Shown: positions 18,977 through 30,100, numbered from the stretch's first letter. The stretch is DNA of 64,000 nucleotides from Bdellovibrionota bacterium (GCA_044345405.1 JBIJBE010000006.1:40682-104681); one strand, 5' to 3'. Program-made: numbers and translations. The notes: a model not told the origin generated them from the sequence alone.

Positions 18977-20041
18977 GTGACCGACGATGAAGCGCACAAG
19001 CTATCAATTCGGGAACCGTACCTTCCGTACAGTCAGTCACTAGCGCTAGGACTCACCACTCTGTGGTTTATCTATCTCTGCGCCTCGATCGTTAAGCCGT
19101 TTTTTTCGGTGCTCGCATGGTCACTCGCGCTCGCGGTAGCTTCCTATCCCGTCTCATCGTGGCTTAAACAACGAATTCGCAGTCGTTCGCTCGCCTCATT
19201 TCTCGCGCTTACCCTCGCGACAGTTGTTATCTTTGTTCCGACGCTATGGGTATTGCGGATCCTTATTAACGCCGCGGCTGAGAATATCACGAGCGTCATT
19301 CAACAGTCCGGCCTGCGTGTATGGCTCGATCCTACGACGGCCCCTCCCCGCCTCGCCCCGCTCATGGTGTGGCTTGAGCAATCGCTCCATCTCCAACAGC
19401 TCGTCACTGATTTCGTGGCATCGGTGGGGCAGCGGTTACCTCAACTTATTACGATGTCGCTGATCGGACTTGTTCAGGTTTTGTTGATACTCTTCACCAC
19501 ATTTTTCTTTATGAGAGACGGAGAGCTCTTCTTCTCTTACCTCAAATGGGGAGTCCCGCTCCCTGAACAACAAACGGAGAAGGCGGTGTTTAGGGTGCTC
19601 GATACGGTACACGCCTGTCTCTTTGGGGTTGTCCTGATGGCGGTGCTCCAGGGGGCGCTCGGGAGCGCGATCTTTTGGTGGCTGAGGCTCCCTCAACCGG
19701 CGCTGTGGGGGATCGTGATGGGGCTGCTAGCCATAGTGCCGTACCTAGGCGCGTTTGTGATCTGGATTCCCACCGCTTTCGTCCTCGCTCTGCATGGAAG
19801 ATGGAGCGACGCGGTTGTGCTGGTGATATGGGGAACGATCGTCATAGGACTCGCGGACAACTTTCTCTATCCCGTTCTTGTCGGGAAGCGACTTCACTAC
19901 CACACCCTTCTCATTTTTCTCTTCATATTGGGAGGTGTGTTTGTATTCGGGAGCGCGGGGATCGTGGTGGGGCCGATCGTTCTAAGCGCGACCCACAGTC
20001 TGATCGCGTTGTGGAACGATGGGGAAATCCGTCGACGGTAA
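18977..20041 (+). CDS. AI-2E family transporter
   Basis: FFFMRDG, AIVPYLGAF, ADNFLYPVLVG, GIVVGP; AGGAG RBS before GTG. Confidence 0.92.
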   Translation: MTDDEAHKLSIREPYLPYSQSLALGLTTLWFIYLCASIVKPFFSVLAWSLALAVASYPVSSWLKQRIRSRSLASFLALTLATVVIFVPTLWVLRILINAAAENITSVIQQSGLRVWLDPTTAPPRLAPLMVWLEQSLHLQQLVTDFVASVGQRLPQLITMSLIGLVQVLLILFTTFFFMRDGELFFSYLKWGVPLPEQQTEKAVFRVLDTVHACLFGVVLMAVLQGALGSAIFWWLRLPQPALWGIVMGLLAIVPYLGAFVIWIPTAFVLALHGRWSDAVVLVIWGTIVIGLADNFLYPVLVGKRLHYHTLLIFLFILGGVFVFGSAGIVVGPIVLSATHSLIALWNDGEIRRR

Positions 20042-20100
20042 AACGAAAACCGTCGACGGTTACCGTCAGACGTCCTACGCCGGACGTCTACGTCATCGTT
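20029..20100. repeat. Dispersed GTCGAC-rich element, copy 2
   Basis: ccgtcgacggtaaaacgaaaaccgtcgacggttaccg...; reverse complement aligns to 17063-17140. Confidence 0.65.
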
Positions 20101-20114
20101 TCGCCCTCCGTGCC

Positions 20115-20684
20115 TTAGTGCGCGGATGGTTGCTCAGATGGTGCCTCTCCTCGCCCCTTCCCCGCCGGCTTTTCAAGTTGTCGCGGAGCGCCCGGCTGGA
20201 CCTGAATACGTCGGGCTTGCAGACGGGACTGCTCGGTTTTTGGCAGAGATACGGTGAGCACTCCTCGGTCGAAGTTCGCCTGTATCTGACTCTCCTGGAC
20301 TTCTACCCGAAGGGGGATTCGTCGCTCAAACGCGCCATATCTCCACTCGGAGTAGCGGGCGCCACGGATCTTCGACTCACGTTGCTCCTCCTCTTTCTTT
20401 TCACCTTTAAGAACGAGGTAGCCTGGCTCGAAGGTGACCTCGATATCGCTCTCCTTCATGCCAGGAAGCTCTGCCTGGACTCGGATCTCTCGCTCATCCT
20501 CCGACACGGAGACCTCGGGTTGAAACTCGCGCTGACGAATGGACGAGACTCCGACCGGCTCCCACACGTCCTGAAGCGCGGAGTTAATCGCTCGGCGCAT
20601 CTGACGAATAATCGGGGCGAAATCACTGCCAAAGAACTCTTGTGGAATAAGTGGGTACTCACTGCGTGGCATAGAAACCTCCAT
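20115..20684 (-). CDS. Hsp20/alpha-crystallin small heat shock protein
   Basis: AELPGM, LKGEK, YGAFERRIPL, ANFDRGVLTVSLPK. Confidence 0.93.
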   Translation of the reverse strand: MEVSMPRSEYPLIPQEFFGSDFAPIIRQMRRAINSALQDVWEPVGVSSIRQREFQPEVSVSEDEREIRVQAELPGMKESDIEVTFEPGYLVLKGEKKEEEQRESKIRGARYSEWRYGAFERRIPLRVEVQESQIQANFDRGVLTVSLPKTEQSRLQARRIQVQPGAPRQLEKPAGKGRGEAPSEQPSAH

Positions 20685-20787
20685 AGGTACATAGTTTAGC
20701 TCGGGAACATTCCCGCACTAGGAGGGTACCGTTGAACTTCGACGCCGCTCATGACTGAGGTCATTTGCGGAGGGCGCGCTGAGTTCG

Positions 20788-21171
20788 CTACGCCGCTTGT
20801 GTAAGAGCTATCTGCCGATGACAGGAAGAGCAGTTCTCATAGAACGGATACTGCTCTTGGTTGGTTAAAACGTTAAGTGGCTTATGGCAGGCGGGACAAT
20901 CAACCTTCGCCGAGAGGATCTTGGTTTTTACACGGAAGGTGTAGATAGTCATAATGGGCGTTACCACAAGGAGACCAAGCGGCACCAAGAAGAAGTGCGC
21001 GACAGGAATAAATACGCACAACACAGTGGCCCCAAGACATTTGAGCGCCATCATCCATGCTCGTTTAATACGCCCCTGTTCGCTAAACTCAAGCACCTCC
21101 ATGGTGCCGTACGTTGTTACCTCATTACTTGTCGCGAGTATCTTTCGGGTGTGTTGGGTGGTGTGGTGCAT
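20788..21171 (-). CDS. Small membrane protein with C-terminal zinc ribbon
   Basis: TM hairpin (FIPVAHFFLVP), then CPAC...CSSC. Confidence 0.6.
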   Translation of the reverse strand: MHHTTQHTRKILATSNEVTTYGTMEVLEFSEQGRIKRAWMMALKCLGATVLCVFIPVAHFFLVPLGLLVVTPIMTIYTFRVKTKILSAKVDCPACHKPLNVLTNQEQYPFYENCSSCHRQIALTQAA

Positions 21172-21230
21172 GGTTGGTTTGTAGCACTGGAATCGGAGCG
21201 TTTCCTATAGGGAATTTCCCGTGTCAGTGA

Positions 21231-22718
21231 CTACGGCTCGAGCTCAACCGTCGTTGGAAGAAGGCCGTGAAAGAGATCGTGCTCTAGCTTCTGCCACATC
21301 ATGTATCGTCTCCGTCGTTCAGGATGCTGTGGTTGATAGCTCTTTTTCGGAGGCTCCTTTGTGAACTCACGGGTTGATGGGAGTTTTTCGGCGTAAACCA
21401 GCGCGGCGAGCGCGGCGCCCCGCGCGGTGGCTTCACGGGTTGGCATACGGTGAAGGGTTCTGCCACTCACGTCGGAGATATACTGCAAGAGATAGTCGAG
21501 TTCAGATCCTCCACCGGTTACGACGATCTCGTTATTCTCATCGGGACCAAGGAGCCCCTTATCCTGAAACTCCTCTATCATCCGCACGATTAGATTCCCC
21601 ACGTTCTCAACAATCGCTCGAACTTTATCACTAACAGTTGCGCCAGCCTTACAGAAGAGCGCGTTCGGTGTGCGCTCTGGATGCCACGGTGGAGAAGGGC
21701 GATGATTCACGAAGTACGCGGTCGCTATACCCTCAGGGTGTCGCTCATATGACTCCACGCACATCGTGTGGAGATCGGCGGTATCGTGACACCATCCTCT
21801 GCGGAGGGATTCCATAAGAACCGTCCCCGTTATGGCCGAAGTGATCTCAACCAGATATTCCTTACGAACATCTTTGGTGACCGGGTCCTCTCGTGAAAAG
21901 AGCACACTCGTCATGAGCCCCATCTTTTGCACCCGCCGTTCGCCGGTCTCAACGACAAGCGAGGCGATCGTGCCAAGATTGAGGAGCGCGTATCCGCTCT
22001 CTCCCGGACGACCGAGGACAGCCGCTTGTTGATCGCCGAGAACAGCGACCACAGGGATCTCCTCGAAGGTCGTATGGGCTGCGAACGATGGTCGAATCGG
22101 CGCGAGACGAGCGCGATCAACTTTAAAGTCACGGCACAATTGCTCGCTCCAACCGCCCGTGGCGATCGGATAGAGCATGGTGCGCGCTGCCATGGTCTCT
22201 TCAGTGGCGAAAAGGTGCCGGCCACTTAATCGATACAGGATAAACGACTCTAAGGTACCGACCTTCACCGAGGGCTCAAGGAACTTACGTTGCAGAAGGT
22301 GGATCTTTCCCGCGGCGAAGTTGGGAATCGTAGGAAGACCCGTCAGCTCGGAGATACGCTCACTGTAGCGACCAAAACTTTGAATAATCGGAAAGGTGCG
22401 GGTATCGGCCCACGTAATCATGGGATGCAGGGGCACCCCATCTGAAGATCGCCACGCGAGTACACCCGAACGCTGGACGGCAAGTCCGGCAGCTACGATC
22501 TTTGAGTCGTTCGCGCTCGCCCACTGCCTCGCTTTGAGAAACACCTCTACCACAGAGGAGAGAAGTCCCTCCGCGTCCTGCTCAACCGTTCTCTCAACTT
22601 CTACACGGGGAGGAACCGCGACAGTAAAGTCGGCGACAGATTGCCCGGATGCGTCGAGTAGTACCCCTTTCGTGGAGCTCGAACCCTGGTCGATTCCTAA
22701 GAACATAGAGCCGGTCAT
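21231..22718 (-). CDS. FGGY family carbohydrate kinase (glycerol kinase-like, divergent)
   Basis: GIDQGSSSTK, VEQD, WADTRT, GDQQAA, EATARGAA. Confidence 0.88.
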   Translation of the reverse strand: MTGSMFLGIDQGSSSTKGVLLDASGQSVADFTVAVPPRVEVERTVEQDAEGLLSSVVEVFLKARQWASANDSKIVAAGLAVQRSGVLAWRSSDGVPLHPMITWADTRTFPIIQSFGRYSERISELTGLPTIPNFAAGKIHLLQRKFLEPSVKVGTLESFILYRLSGRHLFATEETMAARTMLYPIATGGWSEQLCRDFKVDRARLAPIRPSFAAHTTFEEIPVVAVLGDQQAAVLGRPGESGYALLNLGTIASLVVETGERRVQKMGLMTSVLFSREDPVTKDVRKEYLVEITSAITGTVLMESLRRGWCHDTADLHTMCVESYERHPEGIATAYFVNHRPSPPWHPERTPNALFCKAGATVSDKVRAIVENVGNLIVRMIEEFQDKGLLGPDENNEIVVTGGGSELDYLLQYISDVSGRTLHRMPTREATARGAALAALVYAEKLPSTREFTKEPPKKSYQPQHPERRRRYMMWQKLEHDLFHGLLPTTVELEP

Positions 22719-22964
22719 GGTATCGTTGGTAAGGATTGCTAACTATTCGCTCTTCGCGTGAAGCTTCTTCTCGCGGCGGGGCACGCAAGGTACCCCTTAG
22801 TGTCCCATGGAGATGGCTGGCCAAGCAATCGAAGTTATTCGGTTATTTTATAATATAGCTAATAGTACCGAGGCTTTACATTTAAGCCGTTTCCCCGAAC
22901 AATAGACCGCCGAAGGAGATCGTAACTTCGGTGGTGTTTTCTCTAGGTATCAGGAGTCGTTCAG

Positions 22965-23942
22965 ATGAGCTCGCATAAAAAACGTTCCCTCACGGGCTTA
23001 AAGCCAACGGGCAACCTCCACCTCGGCAACTACCTCGGGGCGTTAAAACCTGCTCTTGAGCTCTCGAAGAGCTACGACTGTATCTACTTCATCGCGGATC
23101 TCCACTCGCTCACCCAAAACAGAGACGCTGACGCGCTCGCGAGCCAAACGCTCGATCAGGTGGCGACCTGGCTCGCTATCGGTCTCGACACCGATAAACA
23201 CACCCTCTTTAGACAGTCAGATGTACCGAGCGTCACTGAGTTGACGTGGTACTTAAGCTGCGTAACGGGGCACGGACTTCTTGAAAAGGCGCACGCCTTC
23301 AAGGATGCCGCGGCGAAGGGACTTGAGGTGAACATGGGGACCTTCTCGTACCCTGTGCTCATGGCTGCCGACATTCTCCTCTACGACACGGATATCGTGC
23401 CGGTTGGAAAAGACCAAAAACAGCACGTTGAGATGGCGCGTGATATGGCGGGATCGCTCAACGCGACCTACGGCGAACTCCTCAAGCTTCCTGAGCCACT
23501 CATTCAGGAAGAGGTAATGACCATCCCCGGGTTAGATGGGCGGAAGATGTCGAAGTCGTATAACAACGAAGTGCCTCTTTTCTGCGATGAGAAGAGCCTT
23601 CGGAAAAAACTTATGTCCCTCAAGACCGATTCAACAGGCTTAGAGGAACCAAAGACACTCGCCGGCTCGACCGTTGGTGAACTCTTCAGTCTCTTCGCGA
23701 CCAAGGACCAGTACGACGACCTCGCCGCGCGGCTCGCGAAGGGTGGCATGGGATGGGGACACGCAAAAGATGAGCTCTTCGTTGCTATCAACGAGCACGT
23801 CAAAGAGATGCGGGATCGATACAACGAATATCGCAAAGACGAGTCGCTGCTCCGCAAGGAGTTAGCTAAGGGCGCGGAGAAGGCGCAGGCAGTCGCGTCA
23901 AAAACAATCGAACGTGTAAGGCACGCAGTTGGTCTCAGGTAG
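22965..23942 (+). CDS. trpS: Tryptophan--tRNA ligase
   Basis: HLGN, YPVLMAADIL, VPVGKDQKQH, KMSKS. Confidence 0.97.
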   Translation: MSSHKKRSLTGLKPTGNLHLGNYLGALKPALELSKSYDCIYFIADLHSLTQNRDADALASQTLDQVATWLAIGLDTDKHTLFRQSDVPSVTELTWYLSCVTGHGLLEKAHAFKDAAAKGLEVNMGTFSYPVLMAADILLYDTDIVPVGKDQKQHVEMARDMAGSLNATYGELLKLPEPLIQEEVMTIPGLDGRKMSKSYNNEVPLFCDEKSLRKKLMSLKTDSTGLEEPKTLAGSTVGELFSLFATKDQYDDLAARLAKGGMGWGHAKDELFVAINEHVKEMRDRYNEYRKDESLLRKELAKGAEKAQAVASKTIERVRHAVGLR

Positions 23943-24822
23943 TTCCCCGATCACGCTTACGCGCTCTGAATGGGAAGCTCGGCGCGAGGCGCACGTGGAG
24001 CGGGTGGGTGCGTGGGCAGACGCTCGAGTCTCTCGCGCGAGTCGTGACGTCCCAGATCCGGTATACGATTTCCTCTTTAACTACTATCCCTTTCGTCCAT
24101 CCCACCTCAAACGATGGAGCCCTGGAATCGGCGTAACGCTTGAGGGGGCGACAACAGAGGATCTCGATTGGTCTGATGATTTTGCCGTCACCGATGATGG
24201 GGCGACTATCTCTCCACTCTCCTTTCCAGAGCGGAGAAGACCGTTCCTGGAGTGGGCATTGAAATACTTAACCGGCATCGCCAATCGTCCACCACAGTTT
24301 AGCTGCTTCGGGCTTCACGAATGGGCGATGGTGTATCGGAGTGACGCTCCTCGTCACAGCCAGGTCCCTCTTCGACTCCCCACAGATGAGGTAAACGCTA
24401 TCGTTGAAGGCTCTGACCTTAGGTGCACTCACTTTGACGCCTTTCGTTTCTTCACCCCTGATGCAGTGCCCCTCAACAAAAACAAACTCTCGCGAGATGC
24501 TACCACCGACTTTGACCAACGAGCGTGCATCCACGTGACGATGGACCTCTATCGATTCGCTCATAAGATCGCGCCGTGGTGTTCGAGCGAACTTATCGCG
24601 GACACATTCCTTCTCGCAGCCGACGCTCGGCGGATCGATATGCGGGCGAGCCCGTACGATCTTAAGGACCAGGGCTTCGAGCCGATACTGATTGAAACAG
24701 CGACGGGACGTGAGGAGTATATTCAAGAGCAACGACGACTTGCGGAGCTTGCGGTGCCGCTGCGTGCCCGTCTTATCTCGTTCTATGAGCGACTCATTGC
24801 GGCGTACGCGAAGGCGTCCTGA
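23929..24822 (+). CDS. Conserved protein of unknown function (family I recall being labelled '3-methyladenine DNA glycosylase')
   Basis: DFLFNYY, CFGLHEWAMVY, CTHFDAFRFFT, CIHVTMDLY, DMRASPYDL; start uncertain. Confidence 0.7.
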   Translation: MVSGSSPITLTRSEWEARREAHVERVGAWADARVSRASRDVPDPVYDFLFNYYPFRPSHLKRWSPGIGVTLEGATTEDLDWSDDFAVTDDGATISPLSFPERRRPFLEWALKYLTGIANRPPQFSCFGLHEWAMVYRSDAPRHSQVPLRLPTDEVNAIVEGSDLRCTHFDAFRFFTPDAVPLNKNKLSRDATTDFDQRACIHVTMDLYRFAHKIAPWCSSELIADTFLLAADARRIDMRASPYDLKDQGFEPILIETATGREEYIQEQRRLAELAVPLRARLISFYERLIAAYAKAS

Positions 24823-24855
24823 GAGAGAGACTCCTGAAAATACGATTGCTCACAA

Positions 24856-25611
24856 TCAGCCAAGCTTCTTGTGGATCATGCCAAATAAACCGGTCATGAT
24901 CTTTAGCTCCCTTGTCGAGAGTCTCCCACGTCGGGTGATGTTCACGAGGAGCTCCTCAATGTGATTGGGCGAGTTCTCATTTAAAAATCCAACCTGCTCA
25001 GCGGTACGCAGCACCATCTGCGTGAACTGCTCCAATTGTCCACTTGTTGGAAGGTCCTTGATATCATCGCCGATAGCTTCGTGTGAGCGACGCCTGAGCG
25101 CGTACAACGCGAGGATGACTGATTGCGCGAGGTTGTAGGAAGGATTCTCACTCGATGAGGGGATACGGATGAGGTTTTGACAGAGGGGGAAATGCTCTCG
25201 ACGCAAGCCGCGTTCTTCTGATCCGAAGACGAGCGCGACGGTGCGCTCTCCACGCATATCAAGGGTGCCGATCCAATCCTCAAGGATCCGCTGAGACATT
25301 CGATGACTGCTACTATCAGACGCGAATCCTACCACCTCATGCGCGTCTGAGACTGCATCCGCCAAGGTGGCATGAGTCGTAACGGAATCGAGCAGAGACT
25401 CTCCCCAGCACGCGACCCCCTTCGCTACGATCATGTCGAAGGGCTCAGGTTGTACAAGTCTGAGGTCATGCACCTCAAGGTTACTCATCGCGCGAGCGAC
25501 CGCTCCGATGTTACGAGGGTCTTTGGGCTCAACCAACACGACAATAAGTCTCAAGGTAGACGAGGGTGCTGTAAGATCGCCGAGCGCTTTTTTGGGGTTT
25601 TGGTCACTCAT
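24856..25611 (-). CDS. TrmJ/LasT family SPOUT RNA methyltransferase
   Basis: NIGAVARAMSN, LVFGSEERGL, IPSSSENPSYNLAQS. Confidence 0.88.
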   Translation of the reverse strand: MSDQNPKKALGDLTAPSSTLRLIVVLVEPKDPRNIGAVARAMSNLEVHDLRLVQPEPFDMIVAKGVACWGESLLDSVTTHATLADAVSDAHEVVGFASDSSSHRMSQRILEDWIGTLDMRGERTVALVFGSEERGLRREHFPLCQNLIRIPSSSENPSYNLAQSVILALYALRRRSHEAIGDDIKDLPTSGQLEQFTQMVLRTAEQVGFLNENSPNHIEELLVNITRRGRLSTRELKIMTGLFGMIHKKLG

Positions 25612-25768
25612 AGAAAATAGCTCTGCACAGGATATATCCTATTTTCAAAAGCAGGTCTGCTATCGCTCCAACTCCCCGATTTTACGGCCCGTTTCAGGGT
25701 CTCGGGCTCTAGCCTCACCGATCGTATTGAGGCATCATAAGGCCAAGACCTTTTTTGAGGATGATCGT

Positions 25769-26950
25769 ATGGCTCCTTCCGCGAAACTCTCTTGGCCCCT
25801 CCTTGGTAAGATCTCCCAAAAGGAGTTCCTCACCCGCTATTGGCAGAAGAAGCCCCTCTTGATGAAAGGTGCCATTCAGCCCTTCCCTGAGATCATCTCC
25901 CCCGAAGAGCTCGCCGGCATGACCCTCGACAAGCAGGTCGAGTCACGCCTCATCATCCAGGGACCTGGCAAAAACGACTGGCAGCTCAAGCGTGGGCCGT
26001 TCAAGTCATCGACGTTTCAAAAACTCCCCAACAAGAAGTGGACCTTTCTTGTAAATGGTGTGGACCGATTCGTCCCCTCCGTTCACGCGTTTCTTGATGA
26101 GTTCTCGTTCATTCCGTTCTGGCGCATGGACGACATCATGATCAGCTACGCGGTTGACCAAGGAAACGTCGGCGCGCACGTAGACAACTTCGATGTATTC
26201 CTCGTTCAAGCGGCGGGCAAGCGAGAGTGGATGATTGAGGATAAACCGGTCATGAAGGATGACTTTATCCCTGATCTTCCCGTGAGACTTCTCAGGAAAT
26301 TCAAGCCGACCCATCGCTGGGTGCTTGAGCCGGGTGACATCCTTTACCTTCCACCACGATTCCCTCACCACGGCGTTGCGCAGGGCGATCGATGTATGAC
26401 TATATCAGTAGGATGCAGAGCCCCATCGATGAATGAGATCATCAACGGTGTGGTTACCAACGCGCTGATCCAAAGTGATGAGTCCGTTCGATATACCGAT
26501 CCTGATCTGAAGCCCCAAGCACCTGGAGAGATCTCCGCGGACGCTATCGCGAAGATCAAGAATACCCTCGAAAAAGCGCTTCTTTCAGATGAGTTTCTGA
26601 GTGAGTGGCTCGGTCGACATGTGACAGATCCGTACTCCGACGTTGACCTCAAGGGATACGCGGAGAAGGTAACTCCAGCGAAGGTAGCCTCCACGGTGAA
26701 AAAGAGCGTTGCTCTCGTGCGAACCGAAGGGTCCCGCCTTGCGTACGTAAAGGGGAAGAAGGGAGAGATCGCGTTCTATGTAAACGGCGATCGAGAGAAC
26801 CTCTCTGGAAAAGCGGCTGTACTCGCGCAAGAACTGGCGAACCGCATGGTGGTGCCGAGCGAAGTTGTTATGCCCTTCCTGGGGGATAAAAAATGCCTGG
26901 GGCTCTTGGCGTCGCTACTCTCGTCCGGCTCTTTAGTTGTTGAGAGCTAA
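25769..26950 (+). CDS. JmjC/cupin oxygenase, RoxA/YcfD-like
   Basis: YWQKKPLL, WRMDDIMISYA, HVDNFDVFL, PGDILYLPP, HHG; GAGG RBS before ATG 25769. Confidence 0.9.
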   Translation: MAPSAKLSWPLLGKISQKEFLTRYWQKKPLLMKGAIQPFPEIISPEELAGMTLDKQVESRLIIQGPGKNDWQLKRGPFKSSTFQKLPNKKWTFLVNGVDRFVPSVHAFLDEFSFIPFWRMDDIMISYAVDQGNVGAHVDNFDVFLVQAAGKREWMIEDKPVMKDDFIPDLPVRLLRKFKPTHRWVLEPGDILYLPPRFPHHGVAQGDRCMTISVGCRAPSMNEIINGVVTNALIQSDESVRYTDPDLKPQAPGEISADAIAKIKNTLEKALLSDEFLSEWLGRHVTDPYSDVDLKGYAEKVTPAKVASTVKKSVALVRTEGSRLAYVKGKKGEIAFYVNGDRENLSGKAAVLAQELANRMVVPSEVVMPFLGDKKCLGLLASLLSSGSLVVES

Positions 26951-26961
26951 ACACTACGCCG

Positions 26962-27089
26962 ATCTCCTGGTACACCCTACTTTTCACAAGTAGGCGAAGT
27001 TGTTGATATCGAGGGGTAACTGAAACCATTTCTGATATACGCCGCGGCGCTCGGTCGGCTTCGATAAAGTAGGGGGTACCAGAGGATTG
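26962..27089. mobile_element. MITE/REPIN-like element, copy 1
   Basis: 116-bp core 26967-27082 with 17-bp terminal inverted repeats ctggtacaccctacttt / aaagtagggggtaccag (1 mismatch); direct repeat of 30723-30850. Confidence 0.75.
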
Positions 27090-27178
27090 GGCTACGTTTC
27101 ATTCTTCTGTAGCTCGGCAATAGATAAATGCTAGTAGGTGAAGTGTACCGGAGGAAAAACTATACGTTGCGGCTCAGC

Positions 27179-30100
27179 CTAGTGGAGGAAATCCTCGGTT
27201 TGAGTAGGCAGTTCCTGAATCAATCGCTGCGTAAGCGAGAGAACCGGGTCGAGCGCAGCGAAGAGCTGCGTCAGTTCATCAGAAGAAATAGAATGTTCAG
27301 CGATGCCCCGCCAACGTTCCTCGCGCTCTTCAACGATACTCGTGGCAGAGCGAGCGCCGACATCGAGAAGCAAGCCCCTGAGGGAGTGTAGTCCCCTCAA
27401 CGTAGCTCTGTTGTCACCCATCTCAACACTATGCTCCAGAACGGAGCGGATATCTCCGAATGAAATTAAGAATGACTCAAGAATCCTCCGGGTATTTTGA
27501 AGCGACATGCCTGAACGTGCAAGGAGCTCCTCGATATCGATCAGGTGCCCGACATCTTGGTGGTCTACCGACGGCGGGCTATCGTCGAGCGAAAGCTCGG
27601 ATACGAGGCTTCTCAGGGTTTTCCCAATGGAACGATCCGGCTTATAAGCGCCAGCGTGGTGGGAGGATGTCCCCATATAGGCGTGGATAACCCTCTCAAG
27701 GTCTTGCTCGCTTACCGGCTTCGTAAGGACCTCGTCGACTCCCGAGAGCTTAATATGCTCGACTTCGTCAGGTAGTGCTCGAGCCGTAACGGCGATTATC
27801 GGAAGGTGACGCTCTTTGCCGGAACATTCCTCAATGAGCCGTATGCGTTTGGTCGCGACATCTCCATCCATGAGAGGCATTTGTATGTCGGTAATGACGA
27901 GATCAATTGGGGATGTTGCGGAATTACCCGAAGCGACAGGACGGAGGCGATCCAAGAGCTCCAGTCCATTCGTTACCACTTCTACGTGGTGTCCGATATC
28001 CTCTAGAAGTGACCGCAAAATAAATGCGTTGGTGGGTGTATCTTCCGCCAGTAAAACATTAAGGCGCCTGCTTGTAGGAGCCGATGTATCTCTCCGCTCG
28101 GCAAGTCCCGGGGGTAATTCGACCATGAATTTGTCGATTTCGCGAACAATGTCCTCCGCACTCGCTGGCATCGGAATAAATGAACTGACTCCAAGGCTTG
28201 TAAGCTCCTCCCTAACGAGGATATCGGCCGAATCTGCAACTACTATCAACGGGAGTGATACATCTGTGACGACCGACATTATCTGCTTAATGAGGGGAAT
28301 ATCTTTAGAAGCGTCTCCCATAGTCACGACGCCATCCACCCGAGAGAGTTGTTCTTCCCACTTCGGGCTCTCAGAGGGCTCGACGAGTTCCACCGAGTGC
28401 CCGTAGTGAGACAACGAGGCACTCAAGAACCTCCCACTTCTTGAGGCTCCACCAACAAGCGCCAAACGTCGCGTGATAGAGCCCGTCGATTGGCGGGCCT
28501 CATTGAGGAGAGGGCCTCGCTCAAATGGTATGGTAACAGTGAAAGTTGTTCCCTCATCTGGAAGGCTTGAGACAGATATCGTTCCCCCTTGTTGGGTTAC
28601 TATCTGCTGGACGATTGTCAGTCCCAAGCCAGTTCCCGGAAGTGCCGACGAAGCAGCTGCTCGCACTTGATAAAACGGTGTGAAGACATGGGGAAGCTGC
28701 CGAGGAGATATCCCAATTCCAGTATCGCGCACGGTAAAAATTATAGGGATGAGAGCTCCGTTGCTTTCTGATCCTATCGCTACCCGCAGCTCAACTTCGC
28801 CCGCTCGGGTGAATTTGAAGGCATTAGCTAGAAGATTTATGAGCACCTGACTAAGCCTTCTAGAATCTCCCGTCAGCAGGTCCGGCACATTCGGCGCGAT
28901 GTCATACAACAATTCGATCGGTCGAGGCTCGCTGACTCTGCGCGTGTCCGCATTACGCAAACAGCTTCTAAGTACCTGCCGAAGATGAAAGGGACGTTTT
29001 TCCAAGGGCAGCTTTCCCGCCTGGAACTTTGCGAAATCGAGAATTTCATTAATAGTATCATTAAGCCCACGAACTGAGTCGTTTGCCATCTCGATAAAGG
29101 CTAGCTTGCTCTCAGAAACCTCATGTTTCTTGAGTATCCTTAGCATTCCCATAACACTTTGAATTGGTGTGCGAAGCTCGTGGGAAACTAACGCAATGAA
29201 CCTAGACTTTGATTCGTTAGCCTGCTGAGCCACCCTCTTGGCTTCAAAGAGCCTCGAATAAGAAGCATTCAGCGTTTTCAATAACCCGTTAAATACCTTC
29301 GCAAGTCGACCTATCTCGTCGTTGCCCTGAGACTCAACTAAGAGCGTCAGATCGCTTGTCTTCGAAATGGTTTCCATGTTCCGAGTGAGTATCGAGAGAG
29401 GTCTCAAGAGAAATTTATCAAGAAGCAAAAGAACGATCCCATTTGCGACCAGAAGCAAAAATCCCATCATCCAAAGCAATGAAGAGCGCGCCTTCATTGC
29501 TCGGTCAAAGATCTCGCGAGATTGGGAAAACTGTACTGAGAGAACCTGGTTGCCGCCCAGTCCAGGGATACTCCCGACAACAGACATCCCGCCAGATTCT
29601 GCCCGCGAAGTAACCAGCTCGGGACTGCCATTATTCTGCTTCACCGATGAATCCGGCACATTTGTCGCTGTAAACGTCAAAGGCAACTGTGACTGCTTTC
29701 TAATCTGCTCCTGTAATGTCTCAGAGAATGTTTTGGTAAATATAAGATATCCAGAGTGTTTTTTACTTTGGTAATTATCGGTAACTGTCGACACTGCGAC
29801 AAACACCGGCATTCCCGACACAAGAATTAAACCTGCTAAACCCTCGTCAGTAGGATTTCGTAGGAATGACGCGATCTGTTTCTGACGGATTATCTCGTTG
29901 GCCTTCTGTGCCTCAAGAGGAACTATCTTTTTTCTCTCATACGAGAGCTCCCCAGCGTGATGAATTTTCCCATCACCCTTCAGAAATAAGAAATGCTCCG
30001 TTTCAAAGGCCTCCAGTGCGGTGTAGGTGAGGTTCGCCTCAATATAGTCTGCGTTTTTCCCGAGCAGGAAATTCTCTGTTTCGTCCCAGTGTCCCCAATC

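Larger units (their letters stand above)
18310..19004 (+). repeat. Tandem duplication, period ~370 bp (18310-18635 and 18681-19004)
   Basis: The two copies align by eye over ~325 bp with scattered substitutions. Confidence 0.95.

Noticed and set aside
22800-22960. T-box or Trp attenuator before trpS
   Set aside because: A hairpin exists (22906-22935) but there is no T-box consensus and the short upstream ORF has no Trp codons.
25433-25768. N-terminal 112 aa of the 505-aa JmjC ORF
   Set aside because: Overlaps the divergent methyltransferase; RBS and family start fit ATG 25769.
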